A stretch of DNA of 64,000 nt, from IMG/VR virus record IMGVR_UViG_3300045988_119557, positions 1 to 64,000 of that record, one strand, 5' to 3'. A program made the translations under genes and the position numbers. The notes beneath the pieces were generated by a model. That model was not told the DNA's origin. It saw only the letters and a list, made by a program, of their open reading frames with translations, and did not search any database. Shown here in pieces: positions 9,872-17,882 of this stretch. Numbering within the stretch: position 1 is the first letter of the stretch; every line of letters begins with the position of its first letter. This DNA comes from a virus.

Positions 9872-10630
9872 ATGGAAATATATCAAAATTTATCATTAGA
9901 AGATCTTCCTAATGAAGAGTGGCGAGATGTAGTCGGATACGAAGGATTGTATCAAGTATCTAATTTGGGAAGAGTGAAATCATTAGAAGTGAAATTCAAA
10001 AACTCTTTTTATAATAAAAAAAGAGAAAAGATAATGTCCCAACACGATAACGGGAAGGGATATTTGACCATATCTATTAGCATTAATGGAAAATCAAAGA
10101 AAGAATATGTTCATAGATTAGTAGCTAATTCCTTTATTTATAGGGATGAGGATAAGGTAGAAGTTAATCATAAAAATCTAAATAAAAAAGATAATAATAT
10201 AAACAACTTAGAATGGGTATCTAAAAAAGAAAATATGCGCCATGCACGCATTAATGGAGCTTTTGAAAATATAAAAATATACCAATATTCTATTGAAGGA
10301 TTTTATGAAAGAGAGTTTTCCTCATTGGTAGAAGCTGCTGAATTTCATAATTTATCCAGCAAGGGAGATATTTGTAGGTCATGTAAAAATGAAAGAGCTA
10401 TATGTCGAGGACATAGATTTAGATACTATAAAAAAGATAAAATTAATATTCCTAAGAAAAAATTTAAAGAAGTAGAAGCATATAAAGATGATATTTTAAT
10501 AACAAAGTACTTATCTTCAAAAGAGGCTTCAATTTCATTAGGTGTAAAAGAAAATACGATTGTAACATCATGTCTTAGAAATACTAAATGTAAAGGTTAT
10601 ACTCTTAAATATATAAATAATGGCAGATAA
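9872..10630 (+). CDS. free-standing HNH homing endonuclease (NUMOD4 + HNH_3 + C-terminal HTH modules)
   Basis: EEWRDVVGYEGLYQVSNLGRVKS (NUMOD4) and VHRLVANSF...VNHKNLNKKDNNINNLEW (HNH). It is a paralogue of 15826..16407. Confidence 0.8.
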   Translation: MEIYQNLSLEDLPNEEWRDVVGYEGLYQVSNLGRVKSLEVKFKNSFYNKKREKIMSQHDNGKGYLTISISINGKSKKEYVHRLVANSFIYRDEDKVEVNHKNLNKKDNNINNLEWVSKKENMRHARINGAFENIKIYQYSIEGFYEREFSSLVEAAEFHNLSSKGDICRSCKNERAICRGHRFRYYKKDKINIPKKKFKEVEAYKDDILITKYLSSKEASISLGVKENTIVTSCLRNTKCKGYTLKYINNGR

Positions 10631-11483
10631 AAAAGAATTAGCTGTATTGGCAGAAAGCATTGTCAGCAGCGTAACTAAAAAAGTAGATAGTTTAACTAAA
10701 TTAGGCATGAAATTTGCTCCTGATTTCTGTCCTACTAATGCGCTTAGAGCTTCAATGCTTATATTGCAAGATGCGAAAACAAAAGACGGGAAATTGGTAT
10801 TAGAATCCTGTTCCCCTGGAAGTATTGCAAGAGCTTTATTTAACATGCTATCTAAATCATTAGATGCAAGTAAAGGGCAAATGTATTTTATTCCATACGG
10901 GGATAATCTTACTTGCATAGAGTCCTATTTCGGTTCTGTAACAAGAGCTAAAAGAGCTGTTCCAGACTATATCCCAATCGTTAAAATAATACACGAAGGA
11001 GATGTTTTTGAATTTGAAAATGACCCTGAAACAGGAGAAACAAAAGTACTTAAACACGAAACTTCCTTTAAAAATTTAGACAAACCTATTATTGGAGCAT
11101 ATACATGGGCATATTATCCAAACGGAAAGAAAGATTTAGTTATAATGACCATGGAATCTATTCAAAAATCTTGGGCGCAAAGTTCCAATGGAGCTACCGT
11201 AGCAAAGAAGTTCCCGGAAGAGATGGTAAAGAGAACATTGCTTCGCAAAGCCTGCAAAATGATGATAAATACAGATATTAGCAATTCTTCTCCGATTGAT
11301 GGATTAGAAGAAGAATTGGGTGTAACAAATGACCTCGACCCTACAAAACAAATTGCTCCTGATTATGCGGAATATGAAGAAGTCGAAGAAGCAACGCCAG
11401 CAGAAGCCGCACCCGTACAAAAAGAGGAGGCTAAAAAAGAAGAAGCAGTTAAACAGCCAGCTTCGGAACCAGAGCCTTTTTAG
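10620..11483 (+). CDS. recT: RecT-family single-strand annealing protein
   Basis: The core ...GQMYFIPYGDNLTCIESYFG...IHEGDVFEF... is typical of RecT. It has a low-complexity E/A/K tail ending EPEPF. Confidence 0.75.
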   Translation: MADKKELAVLAESIVSSVTKKVDSLTKLGMKFAPDFCPTNALRASMLILQDAKTKDGKLVLESCSPGSIARALFNMLSKSLDASKGQMYFIPYGDNLTCIESYFGSVTRAKRAVPDYIPIVKIIHEGDVFEFENDPETGETKVLKHETSFKNLDKPIIGAYTWAYYPNGKKDLVIMTMESIQKSWAQSSNGATVAKKFPEEMVKRTLLRKACKMMINTDISNSSPIDGLEEELGVTNDLDPTKQIAPDYAEYEEVEEATPAEAAPVQKEEAKKEEAVKQPASEPEPF

Positions 11484-11572
11484 CATGGACGACGACGAAA
11501 TAGACATATCCTACGAGGAAATGTCCCCAGATTCATACGATTGCGGAGAAATTTGGTAATAAATAAACTTAG

Positions 11573-11616
11573 TCCCATCTTGTTTAGATAGTAATATCTA
11601 TTCGGATGGGATTTTT
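11573..11616 (+). terminator. Rho-independent terminator
   Basis: TCCCATC-ttgtt-TAGATA-gtaa-TATCTA-ttcg-GATGGGA followed by TTTTT. Confidence 0.7.
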
Positions 11617-11632
11617 AATAAGGAATTAATGG

Positions 11633-12361
11633 ATGGATAATAAAGCACCTATAATAAAAGTGATTGGTAGTAACAGTTCTGGAAATAGTTATATTTTAGA
11701 TTGTTTAGGCGAATATTTGCTAATAGAATTAGGCGTTAAATGGGACAATATATTAAATGGGCTAAATTATAAGACGGGAGATGTAGTTGGATGCTTAGTT
11801 AGCCATCGGCATTCAGATCATTCGAAATCAATATCAAAAGCCTTATATCGACGACTTTCTGTATATTCTTGTGTGGATGTATCAGAAAGATTTAATGGCG
11901 TATTCCCGTTAAAACCTAACAAGAAGTACAAAATAGGAAAATTTGAGATTCAATGTATACCAGTTCCGCATGGTGATTGCCCATGTTATAGCTTTATTAT
12001 CGACAATCCAGATATGGGGAGAATGCTATTTATAACTGATGCTTCAGATTTTCCCTATAAAGTAAAAGGCGTAAATCATTTGTTTATTGAAGCCAATTAT
12101 ATGGAGGACATAATCTTGGATAATGCCTGTAACAACAAATGGAACTCGTCAGCGAGCAATACCCACATGGGAATAGAAAAGAGCGCAGAAGTGATTAAAA
12201 GACATTATTCTGAAAAACTGCATACCGTTTGCTTGATTCATTTAAGCGATGGAAATAGTGATGTTAATAAATTCAAGGACATTGTTTTCGAAGAAGTCGG
12301 AATTAGGCCTTTTATAGCAGAAAGCGGATTGGAGATAGAGCTTAAAAAAGAAGAATTTTAA
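11633..12361 (+). CDS. metallo-beta-lactamase-fold hydrolase (candidate nuclease partner of RecT)
   Basis: HxHxDH motif (VSHRHSDHS) with later His/Asp ligands (VPHGD, ITDASD, IHLSD). Confidence 0.65.
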   Translation: MDNKAPIIKVIGSNSSGNSYILDCLGEYLLIELGVKWDNILNGLNYKTGDVVGCLVSHRHSDHSKSISKALYRRLSVYSCVDVSERFNGVFPLKPNKKYKIGKFEIQCIPVPHGDCPCYSFIIDNPDMGRMLFITDASDFPYKVKGVNHLFIEANYMEDIILDNACNNKWNSSASNTHMGIEKSAEVIKRHYSEKLHTVCLIHLSDGNSDVNKFKDIVFEEVGIRPFIAESGLEIELKKEEF

Positions 12362-12373
12362 AGAAAAAAAAGA

Positions 12374-12580
12374 ATGTATAAATTTAGAGATTATCTAAGA
12401 AGTGTTTGGGAGTGGACGCAGGAGAATGAAAATAAAAGTCCTGTCTTTTATTATTTCCCATTGACATCAAGAGATTTAGCAAGGCATAAAGACGTTATTG
12501 AATGGGGATTTAATAATAACGTTTGTGCGATTAAACTTCTTTGGAAAATTGTAGAACTTAAAAAGCAAGAAAATGAGTAA
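12374..12580 (+). CDS. hypothetical protein
   Basis: Same-strand ORF overlapping the next gene start. Confidence 0.45.
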   Translation: MYKFRDYLRSVWEWTQENENKSPVFYYFPLTSRDLARHKDVIEWGFNNNVCAIKLLWKIVELKKQENE

Positions 12581-13058
12581 AATATATTGTGGATGTGACA
12601 ATGGAGTAACTGGAACTATTGGCATCTTAGGTGAAGAAATAGAAATGTTTTGTAAAACACCTATTAAAAAAGAACAAGATTACACGAAGAAAAAGAAAAT
12701 TGTTTCAAGATTAGATGTTGTGAAATTTATTTCTCTATTTAATGGGATTAATAAAAATGACTTAGTATTCATTTTAGAACGTCCGATGATAAATGGAACT
12801 CGCTTTAATGCCTCAATGTCAGCCATTAGATGCCATGAAGCAATGCTGAATTGTATTGAAGTGATGGGATGCAAATTGATCTATGTGGACTCTAAAGAAT
12901 GGCAAAAAGAATTACTACCAAAAGGATGCGCAGGAGATGAACTTAAAAAAACTTCTCTTGATATAGGCAATAGATTATATCCTAAGTTCTGCGAGATAAA
13001 GCATCCTGATCGCGATGGATTACTAATAGCTGAATATGCACGAAGAAAAAATTTATAG
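12573..13058 (+). CDS. RuvC-like Holliday junction resolvase (tentative)
   Basis: N-terminal GCDNGVTGTIGIL (RuvC motif I-like Asp) and C-terminal DRDGLLIAEYARR (DAxxIA-like). About 160 aa. Confidence 0.5.
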   Translation: MSKIYCGCDNGVTGTIGILGEEIEMFCKTPIKKEQDYTKKKKIVSRLDVVKFISLFNGINKNDLVFILERPMINGTRFNASMSAIRCHEAMLNCIEVMGCKLIYVDSKEWQKELLPKGCAGDELKKTSLDIGNRLYPKFCEIKHPDRDGLLIAEYARRKNL

Positions 13059-13061
13059 AAT

Positions 13062-13277
13062 ATGGATACAATATTATTGGTTTATATTATAGGAGTAATA
13101 ATATCACTAAAAGCTTCTTGGGATATAATGAATTTTTCCAATGTTGAGTTCATTACTATTGGGGATATTCTATTATTTCTTTTCATGAGTTCTCTCTCTT
13201 GGCTTACTGTTACAATAGCCATATTTATTTGTTGGAGGGAAATACTCAATTACAAAATATGGAAAAGAAAGAGATAG
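13062..13277 (+). CDS. small two-helix membrane protein
   Basis: Two hydrophobic stretches (ILLVYIIGVIISL and ILLFLFMSSLSWLTVTIAIFICW). Confidence 0.5.
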   Translation: MDTILLVYIIGVIISLKASWDIMNFSNVEFITIGDILLFLFMSSLSWLTVTIAIFICWREILNYKIWKRKR

Positions 13278-13325
13278 TTTATGGTTTGTTAACGAAAAAC
13301 GTTTCGTTATCTATTTATTAACTGC

Positions 13326-13333
13326 TAACTTTG
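13326..13333 (+). promoter_or_regulatory. -7 promoter box (TAacTTTG)
   Basis: Exact TAnnTTTG match 23 nt upstream of ATG 13356. Confidence 0.5.
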
Positions 13334-13355
13334 CAGAAACAAAAAACAAATTATC

Positions 13356-13526
13356 ATGCTAATAGAAACAAAAGACTGGGTTAGCGTAACCGAATACGCA
13401 AAAAGAAACAACCTATCAACCGTATGGGTGTATAAGTTGATAAAAAGAGGAGATTTAAAAACGATGGAATTTGCGGATAAAACGCTAATTTTCATTGGAG
13501 ATAAAAAACAAAGTGTTAATTTATAA
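13356..13526 (+). CDS. excisionase/MerR-like HTH protein (56 aa, below the ORF-track cut-off)
   Basis: MLIETKDWVSVTEYAKRNNLSTVWVYKLIKRGDLK... is a paralogue of 60845..61045 (VKNYADMKGVTVPWIWRLIKREKL). It replaces the antisense track ORF 13325..13585. Confidence 0.6.
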   Translation: MLIETKDWVSVTEYAKRNNLSTVWVYKLIKRGDLKTMEFADKTLIFIGDKKQSVNL

Positions 13527-13538
13527 AATAAAATCATC

Positions 13539-13742
13539 ATGTGGTTAAGAATTGGAGATAAGGATTTTCCTAAAAGTAGTATCAAGGAAATATACAGAAT
13601 GGGTAAAACTATTCAGAGTGGAAAATGGTGCATCGGATACAGAGTTTACAATCAGTGGCGTTATGTTCACTATGACACCGAAGAGGATTATAATAAAGTG
13701 ATTGAGAATTTAACTAAAATATTGGAAATCGCGGAGGTTTAA
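13539..13742 (+). CDS. hypothetical protein
   Basis: Same-strand ORF directly upstream of the methyltransferase. Confidence 0.45.
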   Translation: MWLRIGDKDFPKSSIKEIYRMGKTIQSGKWCIGYRVYNQWRYVHYDTEEDYNKVIENLTKILEIAEV

Positions 13743-13744
13743 TC

Positions 13745-14480
13745 ATGGAAGAAGAACTAACGCATGGATCTTTGTTTAGTGGCGTAGAAGGATTTGGATT
13801 AGGCGCTGCTTTTGCTGGAATAAAAACTCTATGGAGTTGTGAATATGAAGACTATCAAGCGAATATAATTAAAAAGAATTTTGGAGAAGAGCATGAAATC
13901 AACAGAGATATTAAAACGTATTCAAAGCCAACATTTGTTGACATCATTAGCGGTGGATTCCCTTGTCAAGACATCAGCATTGCTGGAAAAGGTGTCGGAA
14001 TTGTCGGTGAACGAAGCGGATTATGGAATGAAATGTTCCGCATCATACGGGAAATTAGACCTAAATACATTATCATTGAAAACAGTCCTATGCTCTTGGT
14101 TCGAGGATTCGAACGAGTCTTATGCAACCTTTCCGAAATCGGGTATGATGCAGAATGGCAATGTTTATCGGGTACGGACTTTGGTATACAACAGGGTAGG
14201 GAGCGATTATATTGTATTGCCTACCCCCCACGAAATCGACAGCAAACGGAGCGTGCAAGAATCGGTATTTCGGAAGCCCTACCTATCGGGGCAATATACA
14301 CGAGTATATCCGGGATGGAGAACAAGACAGTCAATACCCTCACCCCGATTTGCTGGAAAGTCTAATGGGGTTCCCGATAGGATGGACAGAACGCATTGTA
14401 TAGGAAATGCGGTACAACCCATAATTGCGCATTATTTATTTGAATGTATAAAAAGCCATCATTTCACTAAAAGACCATGA
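13745..14480 (+). pseudogene. C5-cytosine DNA methyltransferase, disrupted by two frame changes
   Basis: Motif I LFSGVEGFGLG, IV GGFPCQDIS, VI IIENSP and VIII QQGRERLYCIAY are in frame 13745. LESLMGFPIGWTE is in frame 14212, and motif X IGNAVQP is in the frame ending at 14480. Confidence 0.8.
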
Positions 14481-15829
14481 CTGATAAACTACAAACCCTT
14501 ATTGAAAAATACAATAATAATTACTATTTCAAACAAGACCCGATCTCAATTGTAAAAAGATACAAAGAGCTAAGAGATATTGAAATAGCAGCTATTATCT
14601 GCTCTACATTAAGCTTCGGAAACAGACAGCAAATATATAAAGCATGTAAAAAGACAATGGATATGATGGGGACTTCGCCCTATAAATATCTAATGGATAG
14701 CAAGTATTTAGAATACAGAAATAGCGACGAATGTTGGTATCGTATGCTAAAGATGCGCGATTTTGCCATTTTATGTTTACGTTTAAAGAGTATATACGCA
14801 ACATATAATTCAATGGAATTGCTACTCTTAAATAGTAATGATTATGTGGAGACTCTAACCAATGTTTTTTATGGCTGTAATGGAATCCCTAAAGATAATA
14901 AATCGGCGTGCAAGCGAATTTGTCTGTTATTAAGGTGGCTTGTTAGACGAGATGGTAAAGTTGATATTGGCATATGGAGGAATTTAGATCAAAGCAAACT
15001 ACTATTACCTTTAGATGTACACAGCTTAAATACTTTACGCAAATTAGGCGTGTTAACGCGTAAAAGCAATGATATGAAAGCGGTAATAGAAGCTACTCAA
15101 TGGGCTAAATCCTTTTACCCTAATGACCCTGCCATTTTAGATTTTTTCCTTTTTGGAGAATCTTACGAAAGAGCGCATCCAGAGGAATTTAAAGAGCCAG
15201 AAAGGATTCCTATGACAAATGACCAAATATTGCTTGTCGCTACATATATTGTTATTTATGTCAACGAATTAGCCAATGTATGCGTCATGGACATTAAGCC
15301 ATCTATTACCAATAAGGACAAGGAGACTCAAAAGATTTATTTTGCAGCGCTTAAACGAGTTAAGGAGTATCAAAGTCGGATGGCTAAGATCGCAGGTGAT
15401 AATGCAATAGGTATCTATGCTTCTTACTGTGACGCTCTCGACCAAGAAGTATTACCTGTTATCGAGAAGTATCGAATGTCCATTGAGAAATATCTTTGTG
15501 AGATAGAAGGGGTTGAAAATCCCTATTTCCTATCAATGGTTGAATTAGCGCGAAGCATAACAAGTTATTCGGTTATTGCAATCTCAAAAAGAATAGCTGA
15601 ATGTTTGAAGTTTGATGAAAATGCAGTAGCTTTGCGAGGATATAAACAGTCCGAACTATTGAAGATCTTGGAAGAATTATGCAAATGGTGCTTTAGAAAA
15701 GCTTCTGATATAAATTACAATGAAAGTGAAGAATGCGTAAATGCCTATAGGGAATTTGACGCGATACTCACAAATCCGGATATTATTTCAACATGTATTA
15801 TTAACGCTAACGAATTAGAAAACAAATGA
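14477..15829 (+). CDS. DUF2400/TIGR02757-like protein with an extra ~200-aa C-terminal domain
   Basis: DPISIVKRYKELRDIEIAAIICSTLSFGNRQQI and LLLPLDVHSLNTLRKLGV...NDPAILDFFLFG match the TIGR02757 pattern as I recall it. ATGA overlap with the dcm C-terminal frame. Confidence 0.55.
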   Translation: MTDKLQTLIEKYNNNYYFKQDPISIVKRYKELRDIEIAAIICSTLSFGNRQQIYKACKKTMDMMGTSPYKYLMDSKYLEYRNSDECWYRMLKMRDFAILCLRLKSIYATYNSMELLLLNSNDYVETLTNVFYGCNGIPKDNKSACKRICLLLRWLVRRDGKVDIGIWRNLDQSKLLLPLDVHSLNTLRKLGVLTRKSNDMKAVIEATQWAKSFYPNDPAILDFFLFGESYERAHPEEFKEPERIPMTNDQILLVATYIVIYVNELANVCVMDIKPSITNKDKETQKIYFAALKRVKEYQSRMAKIAGDNAIGIYASYCDALDQEVLPVIEKYRMSIEKYLCEIEGVENPYFLSMVELARSITSYSVIAISKRIAECLKFDENAVALRGYKQSELLKILEELCKWCFRKASDINYNESEECVNAYREFDAILTNPDIISTCIINANELENK

Positions 15830-16407
15830 AAGTAAAAATTAAGAAAATACATAAAGACGAATTGTGGGAATTTTATCCATTAGACAATAGATACCTTATA
15901 TCAAATTACGGTAGAGTTTGGAGTACTATAAATAACAGGGAGCTTAAAAACAGTATAAATGGAGCAGGATATTTATGTTGTTTAGGAGAAAGTGTACATA
16001 GATTAGTGGCAGAAACATTTATCCCTAATGTGCATAATTATACAGAAGTAGACCATATTGATACAAATAGAAAAAATAATTTTGTTGGTAATCTAAAGTG
16101 GTGTAATCATCCCGAAAATTGCAAGAACCCCATAAGTATAAATAAAAGAAAATTAAAAGATGGTTTCCGAGTAAACTTAGGTGTAAGTTTTTCAGATGAG
16201 CATAAAAAGAAAATATCAGAAGCGCAAATCGGGAACAGAGGTATTCCAGTAATACAAATGTCATTAGATGGGGATTTTATTAAAGAGTATGTAAGCCTTA
16301 ATCAAGCTGCGAAACAGAATAATATATCCAGGAGGAATATATCAAGATGTTGCAATGGAATTTACAGTCAGGCAAATGGTTATAAATGGATATATAAAAA
16401 TAAATGA
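15826..16407 (+). CDS. free-standing HNH homing endonuclease (NUMOD4 + HNH_3 + NUMOD1-like)
   Basis: NRYLISNYGRVWS, and VHRLVAETF...VDHIDTNRKNNFVGNLKW. C-terminal LNQAAKQNNISRRNISRCC HTH-like repeat. Confidence 0.8.
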   Translation: MKVKIKKIHKDELWEFYPLDNRYLISNYGRVWSTINNRELKNSINGAGYLCCLGESVHRLVAETFIPNVHNYTEVDHIDTNRKNNFVGNLKWCNHPENCKNPISINKRKLKDGFRVNLGVSFSDEHKKKISEAQIGNRGIPVIQMSLDGDFIKEYVSLNQAAKQNNISRRNISRCCNGIYSQANGYKWIYKNK

Positions 16408-16802
16408 TAATTTTTAGAACTATGGAATTAAAAGAGTATCAAAATCAAGCAATGACTACTTGTATGCCAAGTAGTGAAAATTTTAGTTATATGTTCCTTA
16501 ACCTTATTGGCGAAGTAGGAGAATTTGCGAGTAAGGTGTCAAAGCAAATTCGCAAAAGCAATATGAACATTGAGGATTCTCAATTAGCATTTACAACTAA
16601 AGCAGATATTAATGATTTAGATTGTTTTTATGAGGAATTACAGAAAGAGGCAGGAGATATTTTATGGCAGTTGAGTGGTCTATGCACCGTAATGGGTTGG
16701 TCTTTAGAAGATATTGCTCAAATTAACTTAGATAAACTTGCTTCTCGTAAGGCTATTGGAACGATAGACGGTAATGGAGATGGGATAATTAGGGGGAAAT
16801 AA
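16404..16802 (+). CDS. MazG-like nucleotide pyrophosphohydrolase
   Basis: EYQNQAMTT...LIGEVGEFASKV...EAGDILWQLSGLC...DIAQINLDKLASR is typical of the all-alpha NTP-PPase fold. Confidence 0.7.
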   Translation: MIIFRTMELKEYQNQAMTTCMPSSENFSYMFLNLIGEVGEFASKVSKQIRKSNMNIEDSQLAFTTKADINDLDCFYEELQKEAGDILWQLSGLCTVMGWSLEDIAQINLDKLASRKAIGTIDGNGDGIIRGK

Positions 16803-16856
16803 TATAGGAGTAAAACAGTATAGGCATGACACCAAAAATAGACTTTATCGAAGTGG

Positions 16857-17126
16857 ATGAGTTGGAAGAAAGAGAGAGAAATTGTAATGGATACGGAAGC
16901 ACGGATGAGAAAATTAACCAATAAAGATATGAATAAGAAAGAAGTAATTAAAATGGCAAAGAAATACTCAAGTAAACGCCATATCCAAGATGGGTATTTA
17001 GCAGGGTTTCAGGCAGCGTGTAATATCATAAGGCAGAAATATCAAACATGCTATAACGAGGATTTTTGCGATGCGATGGAAGAGCTCGCACAAGTTTCAT
17101 ATATGGATTTAGATATTGATGATTAA
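16857..17126 (+). CDS. hypothetical protein (start uncertain)
   Basis: Same-strand ORF with several in-frame Met candidates. Confidence 0.4.
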   Translation: MSWKKEREIVMDTEARMRKLTNKDMNKKEVIKMAKKYSSKRHIQDGYLAGFQAACNIIRQKYQTCYNEDFCDAMEELAQVSYMDLDIDD

Positions 17127-17143
17127 CGTAAAACAATAAAGAA

Positions 17144-17371
17144 ATGAATATAAAAGAGGCGGTAAAAGACTATATAGAAGACTTCCCAGAGTGTTTTAGA
17201 TTTAAAAGATCCGACGTTGCGGATGCCTTTGAAGCAGGTGCAGAATGGCAAGCAAAGCAAGGAGATCTCGAATCCATGCTTAGGAAACTAAAGGGGAAAG
17301 CGTTAAAAGCTTTCCTCGAATGTGAAGGATACGATGAATTTGAACGTGAAATTAATTCTTTGACAGAATGA
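17144..17371 (+). CDS. hypothetical protein sharing the GAEWQAKQ motif
   Basis: AFEAGAEWQAKQ is identical in core to the motif in 4741..5157. Confidence 0.5.
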   Translation: MNIKEAVKDYIEDFPECFRFKRSDVADAFEAGAEWQAKQGDLESMLRKLKGKALKAFLECEGYDEFEREINSLTE

Positions 17372-17547
17372 GCAATACTGGGTACAAATACATTCATTTT
17401 AATAGAAGCAGTAAGAAGTTCCAAGTAAAAATATGGAATGGGGATAGAAACATATATTTCAAAGAATGGAAAACATTGGAAGAAGCTATTAAAGTGAGAG
17501 AAGAGAAAATGAAAGAATTAGGATTAACTTTATATTTGGATAAATAA
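17368..17547 (+). CDS. small AP2-like DNA-binding protein (59 aa, below the ORF-track cut-off)
   Basis: ATGA overlap with the upstream stop. GYKYIHFNRSSKKFQVKIWNGDRNIYFKEWKTLEEAIKVREEKMKEL resembles an AP2 domain. Confidence 0.4.
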   Translation: MSNTGYKYIHFNRSSKKFQVKIWNGDRNIYFKEWKTLEEAIKVREEKMKELGLTLYLDK

Positions 17548-17548
17548 A

Positions 17549-17767
17549 ATGAAGATAGAAATAGATATTCCAGATCCTTTTATTTCGGATGAAAATAGTT
17601 ATCTCTCCATTAGTGGCGATAATTTCGAATATTGCAGATTTGATAAAATTTATCGTGGTTTACAATGCAACCATGAAAAAGATTCTAAGGAATACTGTGT
17701 CCTTCAATCAAAATTAGATATTATATCTGATGAAATCATTAATTTAATAACAAATAAACTCTTATGA
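17549..17767 (+). CDS. hypothetical protein
   Basis: Same-strand ORF starting 2 nt after the previous stop. Confidence 0.45.
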   Translation: MKIEIDIPDPFISDENSYLSISGDNFEYCRFDKIYRGLQCNHEKDSKEYCVLQSKLDIISDEIINLITNKLL

Positions 17768-17865
17768 AGTATTTTACGATTGAAGAGCTAACGCGCTCAA
17801 CCACAGCAACGGCAAAAAGCAGGAAGAGAAAGAAAAAACAAGTTATTCACAAGGGGAAGGCATAA
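17764..17865 (+). pseudogene. N-terminal relic of an M15-family peptidase (endolysin-type)
   Basis: MKYFTIEELTRSTTATA matches the conserved start of D-Ala-D-Ala carboxypeptidase-family (Peptidase_M15_3) phage and Bacteroidota proteins. It then degenerates into a K/R-rich tail and a stop after 33 aa. Confidence 0.5.
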
Positions 17866-17882
17866 TACCCCTTAAAACATTT

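Noticed and set aside
11329-11559. 76-aa plus-strand ORF overlapping the recT 3' end in another frame.
   Set aside because: Its K/R-rich translation is the frame-shifted image of RecT's GAA/GAG/AAA-rich tail. Only the last 24 codons lie outside recT.
13325-13585. 86-aa minus-strand ORF.
   Set aside because: The opposite strand carries a promoter box and a 56-aa HTH ORF (13356..13526) paralogous to 60845..61045. The minus ORF would also oppose the surrounding operon.
13881-14480. Track ORFs 13881..14480 and 14212..14403 as independent overlapping genes.
   Set aside because: They carry consecutive C5-methyltransferase motifs (IX-like, X) that continue the 13745 ORF. I treat them as fragments of one frameshifted gene.
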